Virus record (IMG/VR): IMGVR_UViG_3300010885_080919
Span: 34,321 to 98,320 of that record
From: a virus
Length of the DNA: 64,000 nt
Direction: 5' to 3' (one strand)
Shown: piece by piece, positions 30,210-38,975 of the stretch
Numbering within the stretch: position 1 is the first letter of the stretch
How the letters are laid out: each line of letters begins with the position of its first letter
Notes under the pieces: model-generated
What the model was told of the DNA's origin: nothing
Database searches by the model: none
The model's input: the letters and a program-made list of their open reading frames with translations, nothing else
Translations under genes and position numbers: made by a program

Positions 30210-30488
30210 ATGGCTCGCAGAAAAAAACTGATTAACAAAAAAGTTAAAAAACTTATACAAAAAAAATGTTATTTTTGTCCTTGTGACATCTATGACTTAT
30301 TGGATGTACATAGAATAGTTCCGGGTAAAGAAGGCCACGGTTATATCGAAACAAACACTGTTGTTTGTTGTTCTTTGTGTCATCGAAAGATTCACGCAGG
30401 TATAATTAAGATTGACAGATTTTACCCTTCTACATCTGGACAATTAGTTCTGCATTACTGGGACCAAGAAGTAGAGTGTTGGAAGTGA
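30210..30488 (+). CDS. HNH endonuclease
   Basis: CxxC, LDVHRI.P, N....C..CHRKIH. Confidence 0.75.
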   Translation: MARRKKLINKKVKKLIQKKCYFCPCDIYDLLDVHRIVPGKEGHGYIETNTVVCCSLCHRKIHAGIIKIDRFYPSTSGQLVLHYWDQEVECWK

Positions 30489-30800
30489 TTAGGCTGAAGG
30501 CAATCCACCTGCTCCGTGATTGTCTACTGGTTCCATTCTGTCCATCATCGCAGGATGCATCAAAGGACCAGTGAGAGAAACCTTGCCTGCTCCCATTATG
30601 GGGTTTTTCTGTAAATCTGATACATCTACCATTCTGGTAATTATGCCTTTGCTGTCATTTCCTGGAGTGTTGTTGTCCAGAGAAACACTCAGTAATATCT
30701 TACCATTTCCACCATCTTTTAATTCTACTAAATATGGACCTACTTGAGTAGAAGACGATTTGCCAACATATGATTCCATCCAACCTTTAAATGTTTTCAC
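30489..30800 (-). CDS. Hypothetical protein
   Basis: GTG start; MKTFKGWMES. Confidence 0.55.
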   Translation of the reverse strand: MKTFKGWMESYVGKSSSTQVGPYLVELKDGGNGKILLSVSLDNNTPGNDSKGIITRMVDVSDLQKNPIMGAGKVSLTGPLMHPAMMDRMEPVDNHGAGGLPSA

Positions 30801-32101
30801 GATTCCTCGCTTGGTTCAAAATCTATATCTGATTCTGTTACTTTTTTCTCTATTGCTTCGATGATCATCTTGGTTGCTTTAGTAACATTTTGTCTTCTTG
30901 CTTTTATATCATCGCCTTTAGCTCTCCAAAGAGCTAGATAGTTTGGAGTGTCTTTTGTTTCGAATCCAAAATGATGGCAAACTATAAAAGCAGTTGTTTC
31001 TGCATCTATTTCTTTTTGTTGTTTAGAAGATTCTTTTTCTAATTTAGAGCGGGGGCCGTAGTCTATGCCCTTTTCAAGCCAATGTAGAACTTCGTGGGCT
31101 GTTTCATGAACCAATGTGCTGAAAAGATTAACTCCTTTAAACTTATTGTTTATTGTTATTTTACCGCCGAATGATTGACCACCTAATTCGCTAGAAAGTT
31201 CTTGGTAATCAACATGTATTTTTTCTTCTTTTAGCCAATTGGTCAAAGCGTTTATCAAGACATTCAATTCTTCTACGTCTTCGTTTGCATCCTTACTCCA
31301 GTCTTTTCTGTTTACCGGACTGAATACATTAGGATGACCTGGAATGGGTTCTGTTGCTGTGACGTCATAAACCTTTACAGCTTTAAAATATTTAAGTTGT
31401 CTTTTTTCTTTTTCTCCTGTATTTGGATTTTCTTTTTCTATGTTTTTAAAATTTGGGGCAAATATTACAATTCCTTTTGACCAATCATGAATAGTTCTTC
31501 CCATTTTTGTCCAATTTGTCGGAGAAGCAACATGTTGTGCTTCTCCTTTTGTTTGGGTCCATATTAACATTTGATTTGTTAGACTGTAATTGTGGAATTT
31601 AGAAGAGAAAATTAAAAAATTTCTTATAAATGATTGCTTAGTAGCCTCGTCAGTCAAATTGGCAACATGTTCGATCATTTTTTCTATATTTGCTACTAAA
31701 TTTTTTAATTTAGAATCTTCTCCTTCGCTTTTCATTGCTTTAGTTAAATCGGCCTGCATGTTGTGGAGAAGTTGATCGGCTTTGGTTTTATTGGAATCAT
31801 CTGATGTTTCTGGCGGAGTTATTTGTGGCGGAGAACTAGGAGCTTCGGGTCTTTTTTCATCTGCTCCGCTTAGATCGACGCCTAGACTGATAAGTGTTGA
31901 TTTCATTTGGTCTGTAATTTTATCTTCCAGTGTGCTCCAAGTGCCTTGGAAGTATCTAAAACCCATTTTTTTCAACTCATCTTTAATTGGAAATGTGTTT
32001 CCATAAAGTATAACAAAGTTTTGTTGGGGATTTTTAGGGTTCGCCTTTTTATAGCTTCTAACGACCTCTTCAGATATAAGCCAGCTTTTAAATGATATCA
32101 T
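30797..32101 (-). CDS. ArdC-like antirestriction ssDNA-binding protein with zincin domain
   Basis: FHNYS..N.MLI..Q, W.K.GR, I.IFAP, F..VKVYDV, HETAH, E..AE..AF, YL..W. Confidence 0.8.
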   Translation of the reverse strand: MISFKSWLISEEVVRSYKKANPKNPQQNFVILYGNTFPIKDELKKMGFRYFQGTWSTLEDKITDQMKSTLISLGVDLSGADEKRPEAPSSPPQITPPETSDDSNKTKADQLLHNMQADLTKAMKSEGEDSKLKNLVANIEKMIEHVANLTDEATKQSFIRNFLIFSSKFHNYSLTNQMLIWTQTKGEAQHVASPTNWTKMGRTIHDWSKGIVIFAPNFKNIEKENPNTGEKEKRQLKYFKAVKVYDVTATEPIPGHPNVFSPVNRKDWSKDANEDVEELNVLINALTNWLKEEKIHVDYQELSSELGGQSFGGKITINNKFKGVNLFSTLVHETAHEVLHWLEKGIDYGPRSKLEKESSKQQKEIDAETTAFIVCHHFGFETKDTPNYLALWRAKGDDIKARRQNVTKATKMIIEAIEKKVTESDIDFEPSEES

Positions 32102-32154
32102 ATAATTCCTAATTATTAACCGTAAAGATATATATATTCTAAATGGAGGATTTT

Positions 32155-32472
32155 ATGGGTTCTTTTTCTAAGTGGTTAAAGCAGAGACGTTTATCTGAGG
32201 ACGATCAGAATTCTGAATTCAATAAACAAATAGATGCCTCTATAGCTCAAGCAATGGTCAAAACTCCATCAAATCGACCACCAAATCCTGCGATGATAGC
32301 CAGTCAGGTTTTAAAAGATCCAAGAATTAAACAAGTAGTACCCAAGGGTTTGAAGCCAGACCCCAATCAAATTCAAGACAAAGTGTCAAACACTGTAAGA
32401 CAAAACCAGCAGAACCAGCAAAATCAGCAAAGAAAAACCACAACGGTACAATCAACGCCAAGAATTATGTAA
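32155..32472 (+). CDS. Gln/Pro-rich hypothetical protein
   Basis: GGAGG SD; MGSFSKWL...LSE. Confidence 0.6.
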   Translation: MGSFSKWLKQRRLSEDDQNSEFNKQIDASIAQAMVKTPSNRPPNPAMIASQVLKDPRIKQVVPKGLKPDPNQIQDKVSNTVRQNQQNQQNQQRKTTTVQSTPRIM

Positions 32473-32504
32473 TTCAAAAGAAAGCAACATAACTCTATTA
32501 GTTT

Positions 32505-33083
32505 ATGATTTCTTCATTGGGCGACGGATTAAATATACTTATTTCTTGTGACCACATACCAGGTCATAGCTGGATGGCATATGTTTGCTGGTATTCTATT
32601 TCAAAAAATTTACCAGAAGCAAAAGTCTTTGTTGTTTCTAGAAGAAAAAACGTCACAGGAAATCTTTTTCTATGGACGAAAAAAGTAAACATCCCTTTCC
32701 AGATGTATAATGGGGAATATTCGCTAAGTAACTTAGCGGGATTAACTGATAGACCAATGTTGATAGTTCCTCCTGAATCTGTCGCCATAAGAGATTTTGA
32801 AGAGGCGAAAATTGATCCCAGCTCTATAAATGATGTCGTTTTGTTAAATTCTCCATTTGTTTGTGATTCTAAAGAAGATGATGCTTGTGTATTTTCTTCT
32901 TATTTTAACGGATGGGGAAATTTTGTTTTATCTGAGTGGATATATAATGTGAATTGTCCACTGACTACATCAGGCTCTAAAAGATTTTTAAAAAACATTA
33001 TGACCATTAACGAGATACGAATTGGGCAAGTATGGAATGCCAGCATTCCTTTGTTTCAAGGGATATCGGCAGGGAAACAATGA
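32505..33083 (+). CDS. Hypothetical protein
   Basis: ORF. Confidence 0.55.
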   Translation: MISSLGDGLNILISCDHIPGHSWMAYVCWYSISKNLPEAKVFVVSRRKNVTGNLFLWTKKVNIPFQMYNGEYSLSNLAGLTDRPMLIVPPESVAIRDFEEAKIDPSSINDVVLLNSPFVCDSKEDDACVFSSYFNGWGNFVLSEWIYNVNCPLTTSGSKRFLKNIMTINEIRIGQVWNASIPLFQGISAGKQ

Positions 33084-33379
33084 GAAGATTTAATTTCGAA
33101 GATGATGATCAAGATAATGAAAGAGATGTGGACCCTAATGAGTACATCATAGGTCCAGAAGAATATAATGAGATACTTGAGAGTGAAATAAATTTATATG
33201 AACGTAAATTTAAAAATTCTCAACAACAAATGAACTATAAATTGCTTTTAACATCTTTGAAAATGTTAAAAACTTCTTTTTGGTGGAATTTTTACTCATT
33301 GAATACTAAACTAAATTATATTCAAAAAACTTGTACAAAACTAAAAGAATTAGTACAGGTTGAAGACGAAGAACAATAG
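33080..33379 (+). CDS. Hypothetical protein
   Basis: ATGA coupling, ORF. Confidence 0.55.
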   Translation: MRRFNFEDDDQDNERDVDPNEYIIGPEEYNEILESEINLYERKFKNSQQQMNYKLLLTSLKMLKTSFWWNFYSLNTKLNYIQKTCTKLKELVQVEDEEQ

Positions 33380-33393
33380 AAAACAGGTGATTT

Positions 33394-33729
33394 ATTCCAA
33401 GATATGACTTTCAGTGCAAAAAATGTGAAAATATTTTTGAAGAAATGGTCCCATACGACGATACTGGAAAATACAAAACAGTAAAATGCCCAGAATGTGG
33501 ATCTAGCAAAAAAGAAAAAATAATGTCATTCTGTAGTTTTAATTTTTCTAATCCTATAGGAACAGATAGGTGGAACAATGAAAGATCAGGGCACGATTAT
33601 AGGTTCAAGCATAACCTTCCAAACGTTATCAAACAAAGAAGAGCAGCAGAGGTTGCTCAAAAGACTTCTAGTCCATATAATAAGATAAATGATTTGAATA
33701 GAAACGATTCCTGGGGAGAGGCTAAGTAA
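33394..33729 (+). CDS. FmdB-family zinc-ribbon protein, predicted ATT start
   Basis: (M)PRYDFQCKKC...FE...CPECGS; in-frame TGA immediately upstream, AGGTGA SD. Confidence 0.75.
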   Translation: MPRYDFQCKKCENIFEEMVPYDDTGKYKTVKCPECGSSKKEKIMSFCSFNFSNPIGTDRWNNERSGHDYRFKHNLPNVIKQRRAAEVAQKTSSPYNKINDLNRNDSWGEAK

Positions 33730-33830
33730 GCTTTTCTTTTTTATGCTTTCTGCTTATAATAATTTCAACATCAACTTGATTGATTGTTTGATTTGTTATA
33801 TAGTATCTTTTACCAATCGGGAGATAACAA

Positions 33831-35933
33831 ATGACGGAATATGTACAGTCCACCGAATCAACCGCTCTCAAAAATATATTAACCGGATTTAACAAGGAAG
33901 AATTTAAGAATTTAAATTCTGAAATGAGTTTTAGCGAGTATCTAGATCTGCTAAAGCAACAGCCCTCCCTGCTAAGAAATGCTTGGCAGAGTATTTATGA
34001 AATGATAATCGAAAAAGGATCAAGCACTGTAGAGGAATACAGAAAGACCTACATTCATTATAATTTCTTTGACGATGCTGACTTGCCAATAGTAGGATTG
34101 GCTCCCATGAAGGACGCATTGGTCAAATTTATCAAGGGAGCAGCAGGAGGTTACGGAACAGAACGTAGAATCCTGCTGCTCCATGGGCCTGTAGGAAGCT
34201 CCAAATCAACGACATGTAGATTGTTGAAAAGAGGACTAGAGAAATATTCCAAGACAGACGCAGGAGCGTGGTATTCCTTTAAGTGGGTCAATCTACCAAC
34301 AGGATCAGACGGAATATATACAGACTCAACATGTGACTGTCCAATGCACGAACAGCCACTGAAATTGCTTCCTTTGGATGTTAGACTACCATTTATCAAG
34401 GAATTAAATAGTATATTTGAGAGCTCGCTGCCAGAAGAAAGAAAGGTAGATGCATACACGCTCAAGTGCTCTGATGATCTCGATCCATTATGCAAGAAGT
34501 TTATGGGGACACTTCTCAAAAAATATAATGGAGATCTTGAGAAGGTGCTTGAACAACATATCCGTGTTGTTCGAAAAGTACATAGTGAATCTGAGCGTTG
34601 TGGTATCGCAACATTTCAGCCAAAAGACGAGAAGAATCAAGATAGCACAGAACTTACTGGCGATATTAACTTCCGACAAATAGGTAGTTTTGGTTCAGAT
34701 TCTGACCCAAGAGCCTTTTCTTTTGATGGTGAATTTTGTGCCGGTAACAGAGGAATGATAGAGTTTATCGAAGTGCTTAAATTAGATACAGCTTTCTTGT
34801 ACGACTTGCTAGGAGCCAGCCAAGAACAATCTATTAAGCCTAAAAAGTTCGCACAGGTTTCTATTGATGAAGCAATTTTTGGTCACACCAATGACCCAGA
34901 ATTTCAAAAGCTAAAGAGCAACCAGTACATGGAAGCCTTTAGAGATAGAACAACAAAGATTGACGTTCCATACACTTTGAAATGGTCTGAAGAATTAAAG
35001 ATTCTCGAAAAAGATTACGGACCAAGCAAGGTGAAGCAACATATAGCTCCTCACACATTAGAGATAGCAGCTTTATTTTCAGTCCTTACCAGATTAGCAG
35101 AAGACAAAGATGGCAAAATATCTTTAACTGAAAAAGCGGAACTTTATGATGGCCGACTTTTGCCAGGTTGGACAGAAGACAGCGTTAAAGAGATGAAAGA
35201 TAAATATCCAGATGAAGGTATGTCTGGCGGCGTTTCTGTTAGATATCTTCAAGATAAGATATCTAACTGTCTAGCTAACAATCATGAATATGTAAATATG
35301 TTTATGGTTCTTAACGAGCTTAAAGATGGATTAGATAATTCTTCTTTGTTTAACAACAAAGAGCAGGTAGGCAAGTATATTTCATGCGTTGATCTTTCTC
35401 TTAAAAAGCTAACAGAAATTTTGAAGTCAGAAGTTCAAAAAGCTTTGGTAGGAGACGAAGATGCAATAATCAGATTGTGTACAAATTATATTGATAATAT
35501 AATGGCTTATATTAATCGGTCAAAAATTAAAGATCCGATCACAGGACAAGATAGAAAGCCAGACGAACGATTGATGAGACAGATTGAAGAAAAGATTCAA
35601 ATCCCAGAAACAGGGGCCGAAGATTTTCGTCGTCAAATTGCTGCTTTTATAGGAGAACTATCTCATAAAAACAAGCAATTTAAATGGGATTCGAATCCGA
35701 AGCTTCGAAAAGCTCTGGAAGCAAAGCTTTTTGAAGATGTAAAAGATACCATTAAGCTTTCTGCTCTAAGCATAACTGGATCAAGCGTTGTTGACAAAAA
35801 TATCCAAGAAAAGATAGATGCAATCAAAACCAGACTTGTTAAGCAGTATGGTTATAATGACCGCTCTGCAACAGATGTCTTGGAATTTGTAGGATCTATT
35901 TTTAGTCGAGGCGACACCGCAGAAGATGATTGA
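33831..35933 (+). CDS. prkA: PrkA/YeaG AAA+ serine protein kinase
   Basis: LLHGPVGSSKS, CPMHEQPL, FQPKDEKNQDSTELTG, DPRAF.FDGE...NRG..EF.E.LK, PY.L....E..I. Confidence 0.95.
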   Translation: MTEYVQSTESTALKNILTGFNKEEFKNLNSEMSFSEYLDLLKQQPSLLRNAWQSIYEMIIEKGSSTVEEYRKTYIHYNFFDDADLPIVGLAPMKDALVKFIKGAAGGYGTERRILLLHGPVGSSKSTTCRLLKRGLEKYSKTDAGAWYSFKWVNLPTGSDGIYTDSTCDCPMHEQPLKLLPLDVRLPFIKELNSIFESSLPEERKVDAYTLKCSDDLDPLCKKFMGTLLKKYNGDLEKVLEQHIRVVRKVHSESERCGIATFQPKDEKNQDSTELTGDINFRQIGSFGSDSDPRAFSFDGEFCAGNRGMIEFIEVLKLDTAFLYDLLGASQEQSIKPKKFAQVSIDEAIFGHTNDPEFQKLKSNQYMEAFRDRTTKIDVPYTLKWSEELKILEKDYGPSKVKQHIAPHTLEIAALFSVLTRLAEDKDGKISLTEKAELYDGRLLPGWTEDSVKEMKDKYPDEGMSGGVSVRYLQDKISNCLANNHEYVNMFMVLNELKDGLDNSSLFNNKEQVGKYISCVDLSLKKLTEILKSEVQKALVGDEDAIIRLCTNYIDNIMAYINRSKIKDPITGQDRKPDERLMRQIEEKIQIPETGAEDFRRQIAAFIGELSHKNKQFKWDSNPKLRKALEAKLFEDVKDTIKLSALSITGSSVVDKNIQEKIDAIKTRLVKQYGYNDRSATDVLEFVGSIFSRGDTAEDD

Positions 35934-35938
35934 TTATC

Positions 35939-36535
35939 ATGAAAAATAAAAAAATATTAATTATTTTGTGTTCTTTGTTGCTTTTATTCTTGTTAGGATG
36001 GTATTGTACAAGATTCCTTCCTGATCCTAGAATTGTAGAAATTTTAGAAATGCAACAAAAAATACAAAATAATATAAAAAATAATGGTCCTGCAAATTTA
36101 GAAGAGGCAAAAGAAATAGCAGCCAGTGCGGCACAGATTAGAGAAAAAATCAATAGCTTGCCTGACAACTTAAGGCAAAAGATGAGAGGATCAGGCGGTA
36201 GAAATTTTCAAAACAATATGAATTACAAAATCAACGCTTACTTTTCTTTGCCGCCATCCAAAAGAAAGATGGAACTAGACAGACAAATAAAACAAGACGA
36301 AATGATGAGGCAAGCATATAGCTTATTAAGCAACAATGGCAACAATGGAAACAATCAAAATCGAAATCAAACTGGACAAAACAATCAAAACAATCAAAAC
36401 AATCAAAATCGAAATCAAACAGGACAAAACAATGGTGCTAAATCTCGTATAGACAGAACCAGTCCTGAACAGCGAGCCCAATATACAGAATATCGCAGAG
36501 CGATGGATGTTCGTCGTAAAGAGCTTGGTTTATAA
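35939..36535 (+). CDS. Membrane-anchored hypothetical protein with Asn/Gln repeats
   Basis: N-terminal TM helix; NNQNRNQTGQ repeats ~36331-36433. Confidence 0.65.
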   Translation: MKNKKILIILCSLLLLFLLGWYCTRFLPDPRIVEILEMQQKIQNNIKNNGPANLEEAKEIAASAAQIREKINSLPDNLRQKMRGSGGRNFQNNMNYKINAYFSLPPSKRKMELDRQIKQDEMMRQAYSLLSNNGNNGNNQNRNQTGQNNQNNQNNQNRNQTGQNNGAKSRIDRTSPEQRAQYTEYRRAMDVRRKELGL

Positions 36536-36542
36536 AATTGCG

Positions 36543-36584
36543 AAAGGCGGCAGGCAGATAACCCGCTAATCTGCCTGCCGCTTT
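36543..36584 (+). terminator. GC-rich hairpin (probable terminator)
   Basis: 13-bp GCGGCAGGCAGAT/ATCTGCCTGCCGC stem. Confidence 0.55.
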
Positions 36585-36597
36585 GGGGGAAATAAAA

Positions 36598-36816
36598 ATG
36601 AAAAATTATTGGTTAGGTACCGCTAAGAAAAAAAGAATGCTAACCAGCATCGATGATGTTGGTATGGAAGTATGGAGCAAAGATGGTACTCTAGGCGACT
36701 TCTTGAGCGGACTTAATAAAGAACAAAAATCATTTATAATGTCCATGAGTATGGCTGATTTTATTTGCGAAATCAACGAAGACAGATTCATCATCGAATT
36801 GATTCATACAAACTAG
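36598..36816 (+). CDS. Hypothetical protein
   Basis: GGGGGA SD, ORF. Confidence 0.5.
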   Translation: MKNYWLGTAKKKRMLTSIDDVGMEVWSKDGTLGDFLSGLNKEQKSFIMSMSMADFICEINEDRFIIELIHTN

Positions 36817-36830
36817 AAATTAGGTGAACT

Positions 36831-38033
36831 TTGCCTCGCCGTATAGAAGAAGACCATAAAGACTTTAGAGATGTGGTTTCTGGAAGAATCCGGAAAGCAC
36901 TCAAGAAGTTTATAAAGAGTGGGCAGATTGTTCGCCATCGTGGTAAAAATGGCAAAATATCTATTACTATTCCAAAGATAGATATTCCCCATATTGTCTA
37001 CGGCAATTCTGGAGAAGGCGTTGGGCGAGGTCAAGGACAAGATGGTGAAGTTATAGGCCAAGATCCTAAACCTGGAAAAGGAAATAAAGCAGGTGAAGTA
37101 GAAGTAGAAGGAATAACAATAAACTTAGACCTAGAAGATGTTCTAAAGTTTATGCAGGAAGAATTAAAACTTCCAAACTTAAAGAAAAAGCCTAATGAAA
37201 CTTACGAAGAAGTAAAAATAAAATACAATAATATCTCGCTCATCGGGCCTGAATCATTAAGACACAATCGTCGCACACTTATGCAGACGTTAAAAAGGCA
37301 AGCAGCAGAAGGAACACTAGAAAAACTATCAGTAGTTCCAGGTTTAAAAGACCCCGTTAGAATACTAAAACCAATAAATGACGATAAAAGATACAGACAA
37401 TTCAACGAGATAAAGATACCCTCCAGCAACGCTTTGATAGTTTTTGCAAGAGATGGTTCTGGATCTATGGATTCTACCAAATGCGATATAGTATCTGATA
37501 TGAGCTGGTGGATAGACACATGGATCAGAAGATTCTACGATAGAGTAGATAGGCTGTATGTCTGGCACGATACAACTGCTATTGAAGTAGATGAGGAAAA
37601 ATTCTATAAATATAGGTTTGGCGGCGGCACCACATGTAGCAGTTCTTTAAAATTTATAGCAAAACAATTTGAGAATAGATACCCACCAGAAAAGTGGAAT
37701 ATATATGTTTTTTATTTTACAGATGGAGAAAACTGGGAAGGCGACAATCAAGTTTTTATCTCTACTCTACAAGAAGAGTTTAATTCAGATGTTGTTAACT
37801 TCACAGGTATAACTCAAATTTTATCTTCTGTGAGAGGCGGTAGCGTGAAAGATGATGTAGATAACGCTATCGATGACGGAACATTAAATCCAGAATATGT
37901 AAGGACTGCTTCGGTAGGAGAAGGAAATCCTTATTGGTCCTCTGCTGTTGAAGAAGATAGAAATAAAGAAATCATGAAGGCTATCAAGAAATTATTAGGC
38001 AACCCAGAAATTATACAAGATGAGGAAAGTTAA
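36831..38033 (+). CDS. yeaH: YeaH/YhbH (DUF444) vWA-domain protein
   Basis: RIEEDH..FR, G.G.G.G linker, LPNLK.K, D.RY, DGSGSM MIDAS, GGT.CSS, YP...WNIY.F..TDGEN. Confidence 0.92.
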   Translation: MPRRIEEDHKDFRDVVSGRIRKALKKFIKSGQIVRHRGKNGKISITIPKIDIPHIVYGNSGEGVGRGQGQDGEVIGQDPKPGKGNKAGEVEVEGITINLDLEDVLKFMQEELKLPNLKKKPNETYEEVKIKYNNISLIGPESLRHNRRTLMQTLKRQAAEGTLEKLSVVPGLKDPVRILKPINDDKRYRQFNEIKIPSSNALIVFARDGSGSMDSTKCDIVSDMSWWIDTWIRRFYDRVDRLYVWHDTTAIEVDEEKFYKYRFGGGTTCSSSLKFIAKQFENRYPPEKWNIYVFYFTDGENWEGDNQVFISTLQEEFNSDVVNFTGITQILSSVRGGSVKDDVDNAIDDGTLNPEYVRTASVGEGNPYWSSAVEEDRNKEIMKAIKKLLGNPEIIQDEES

Positions 38034-38963
38034 ATGGATAAGAAAAAAATATACGATCTGATTAATAAGATTCAAATTAATCTCAACGATGTTCTAAGAG
38101 AAATTAATTCGGAATCCGAACCCGTAGCTGCACATGTAGCTACAGCCGCTTTGGAGGCTAAGGATACATCATCAGATAAGCATTTTGAAGAGCTTAAAAT
38201 TTTATTGGCTTCGGATGAGTGGCCAGAAGCAGTTCTTGATTTCCAAATAGTAAATCAAGATTCCGAAGAAGAAAAAATGGATAGAGCAGAAGGAATTGTC
38301 GATATATTGGTACAAGAAGAAATTCAAGATAAAAAGTTTTTGGATTTTGGATGTGGCGAAGGACACATGGTCAAATATGCATCAAAAGACTCGGCAATAG
38401 CTGTTGGTTATGATATAGCTAAGCCAGAAAAGTCAAAGTTTAACTGGGAAGAAAAAGAAGACAAATTTCTTTTAACAACAGATTTTGAAAAAGTTAAAGA
38501 AGAAGGTCCATATGATGTAATTATGATATATGATGTTATCGATCATGCAGAAGGTGATCCGGTAGATATCTTGATAAAAGCAAAGTCTGTATTATCAATC
38601 GGCGGCAAAATATACATGAGGACACATCCTTGGTCTTCAAGACATGGCGGACATCTATACAGAAAAATCAACAAAGCTTTTGTTCATCTGGTTTTCACTC
38701 AAGAAGAATTAGAGCTTATGGGGTATACTTTTGAAGAAAAGCATACTAAGGTTATTTTTCCTATAGCCACATATGCTGGTTACATAGAAAAAGCCAAATT
38801 GAAAAAGAAAGGCGAACCAGATATTGAACATCAGACGCCAGAAGATTTTTTCAAAAACAGTAATATTGTTAGTTCTAGATTGAAAAGACTAACACCAAAT
38901 GGCAAGGACTTTCCAGAATTTCAAATGTCTCAATGCTTTCATGATTACGTATTAGTGAAGTGA
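38034..38963 (+). CDS. Class I SAM-dependent methyltransferase (paralog of 11524-12273)
   Basis: FLDFGCGEGH, GPYDVI..YDVIDH, RHGGH. Confidence 0.8.
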   Translation: MDKKKIYDLINKIQINLNDVLREINSESEPVAAHVATAALEAKDTSSDKHFEELKILLASDEWPEAVLDFQIVNQDSEEEKMDRAEGIVDILVQEEIQDKKFLDFGCGEGHMVKYASKDSAIAVGYDIAKPEKSKFNWEEKEDKFLLTTDFEKVKEEGPYDVIMIYDVIDHAEGDPVDILIKAKSVLSIGGKIYMRTHPWSSRHGGHLYRKINKAFVHLVFTQEELELMGYTFEEKHTKVIFPIATYAGYIEKAKLKKKGEPDIEHQTPEDFFKNSNIVSSRLKRLTPNGKDFPEFQMSQCFHDYVLVK

Positions 38964-38975
38964 GAAGGAATATTC

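Noticed and set aside
35939-36535. Host assignment to Planctomycetota from this protein's C-terminus
   Set aside because: Resemblance is only from memory and cannot be supported without a search.
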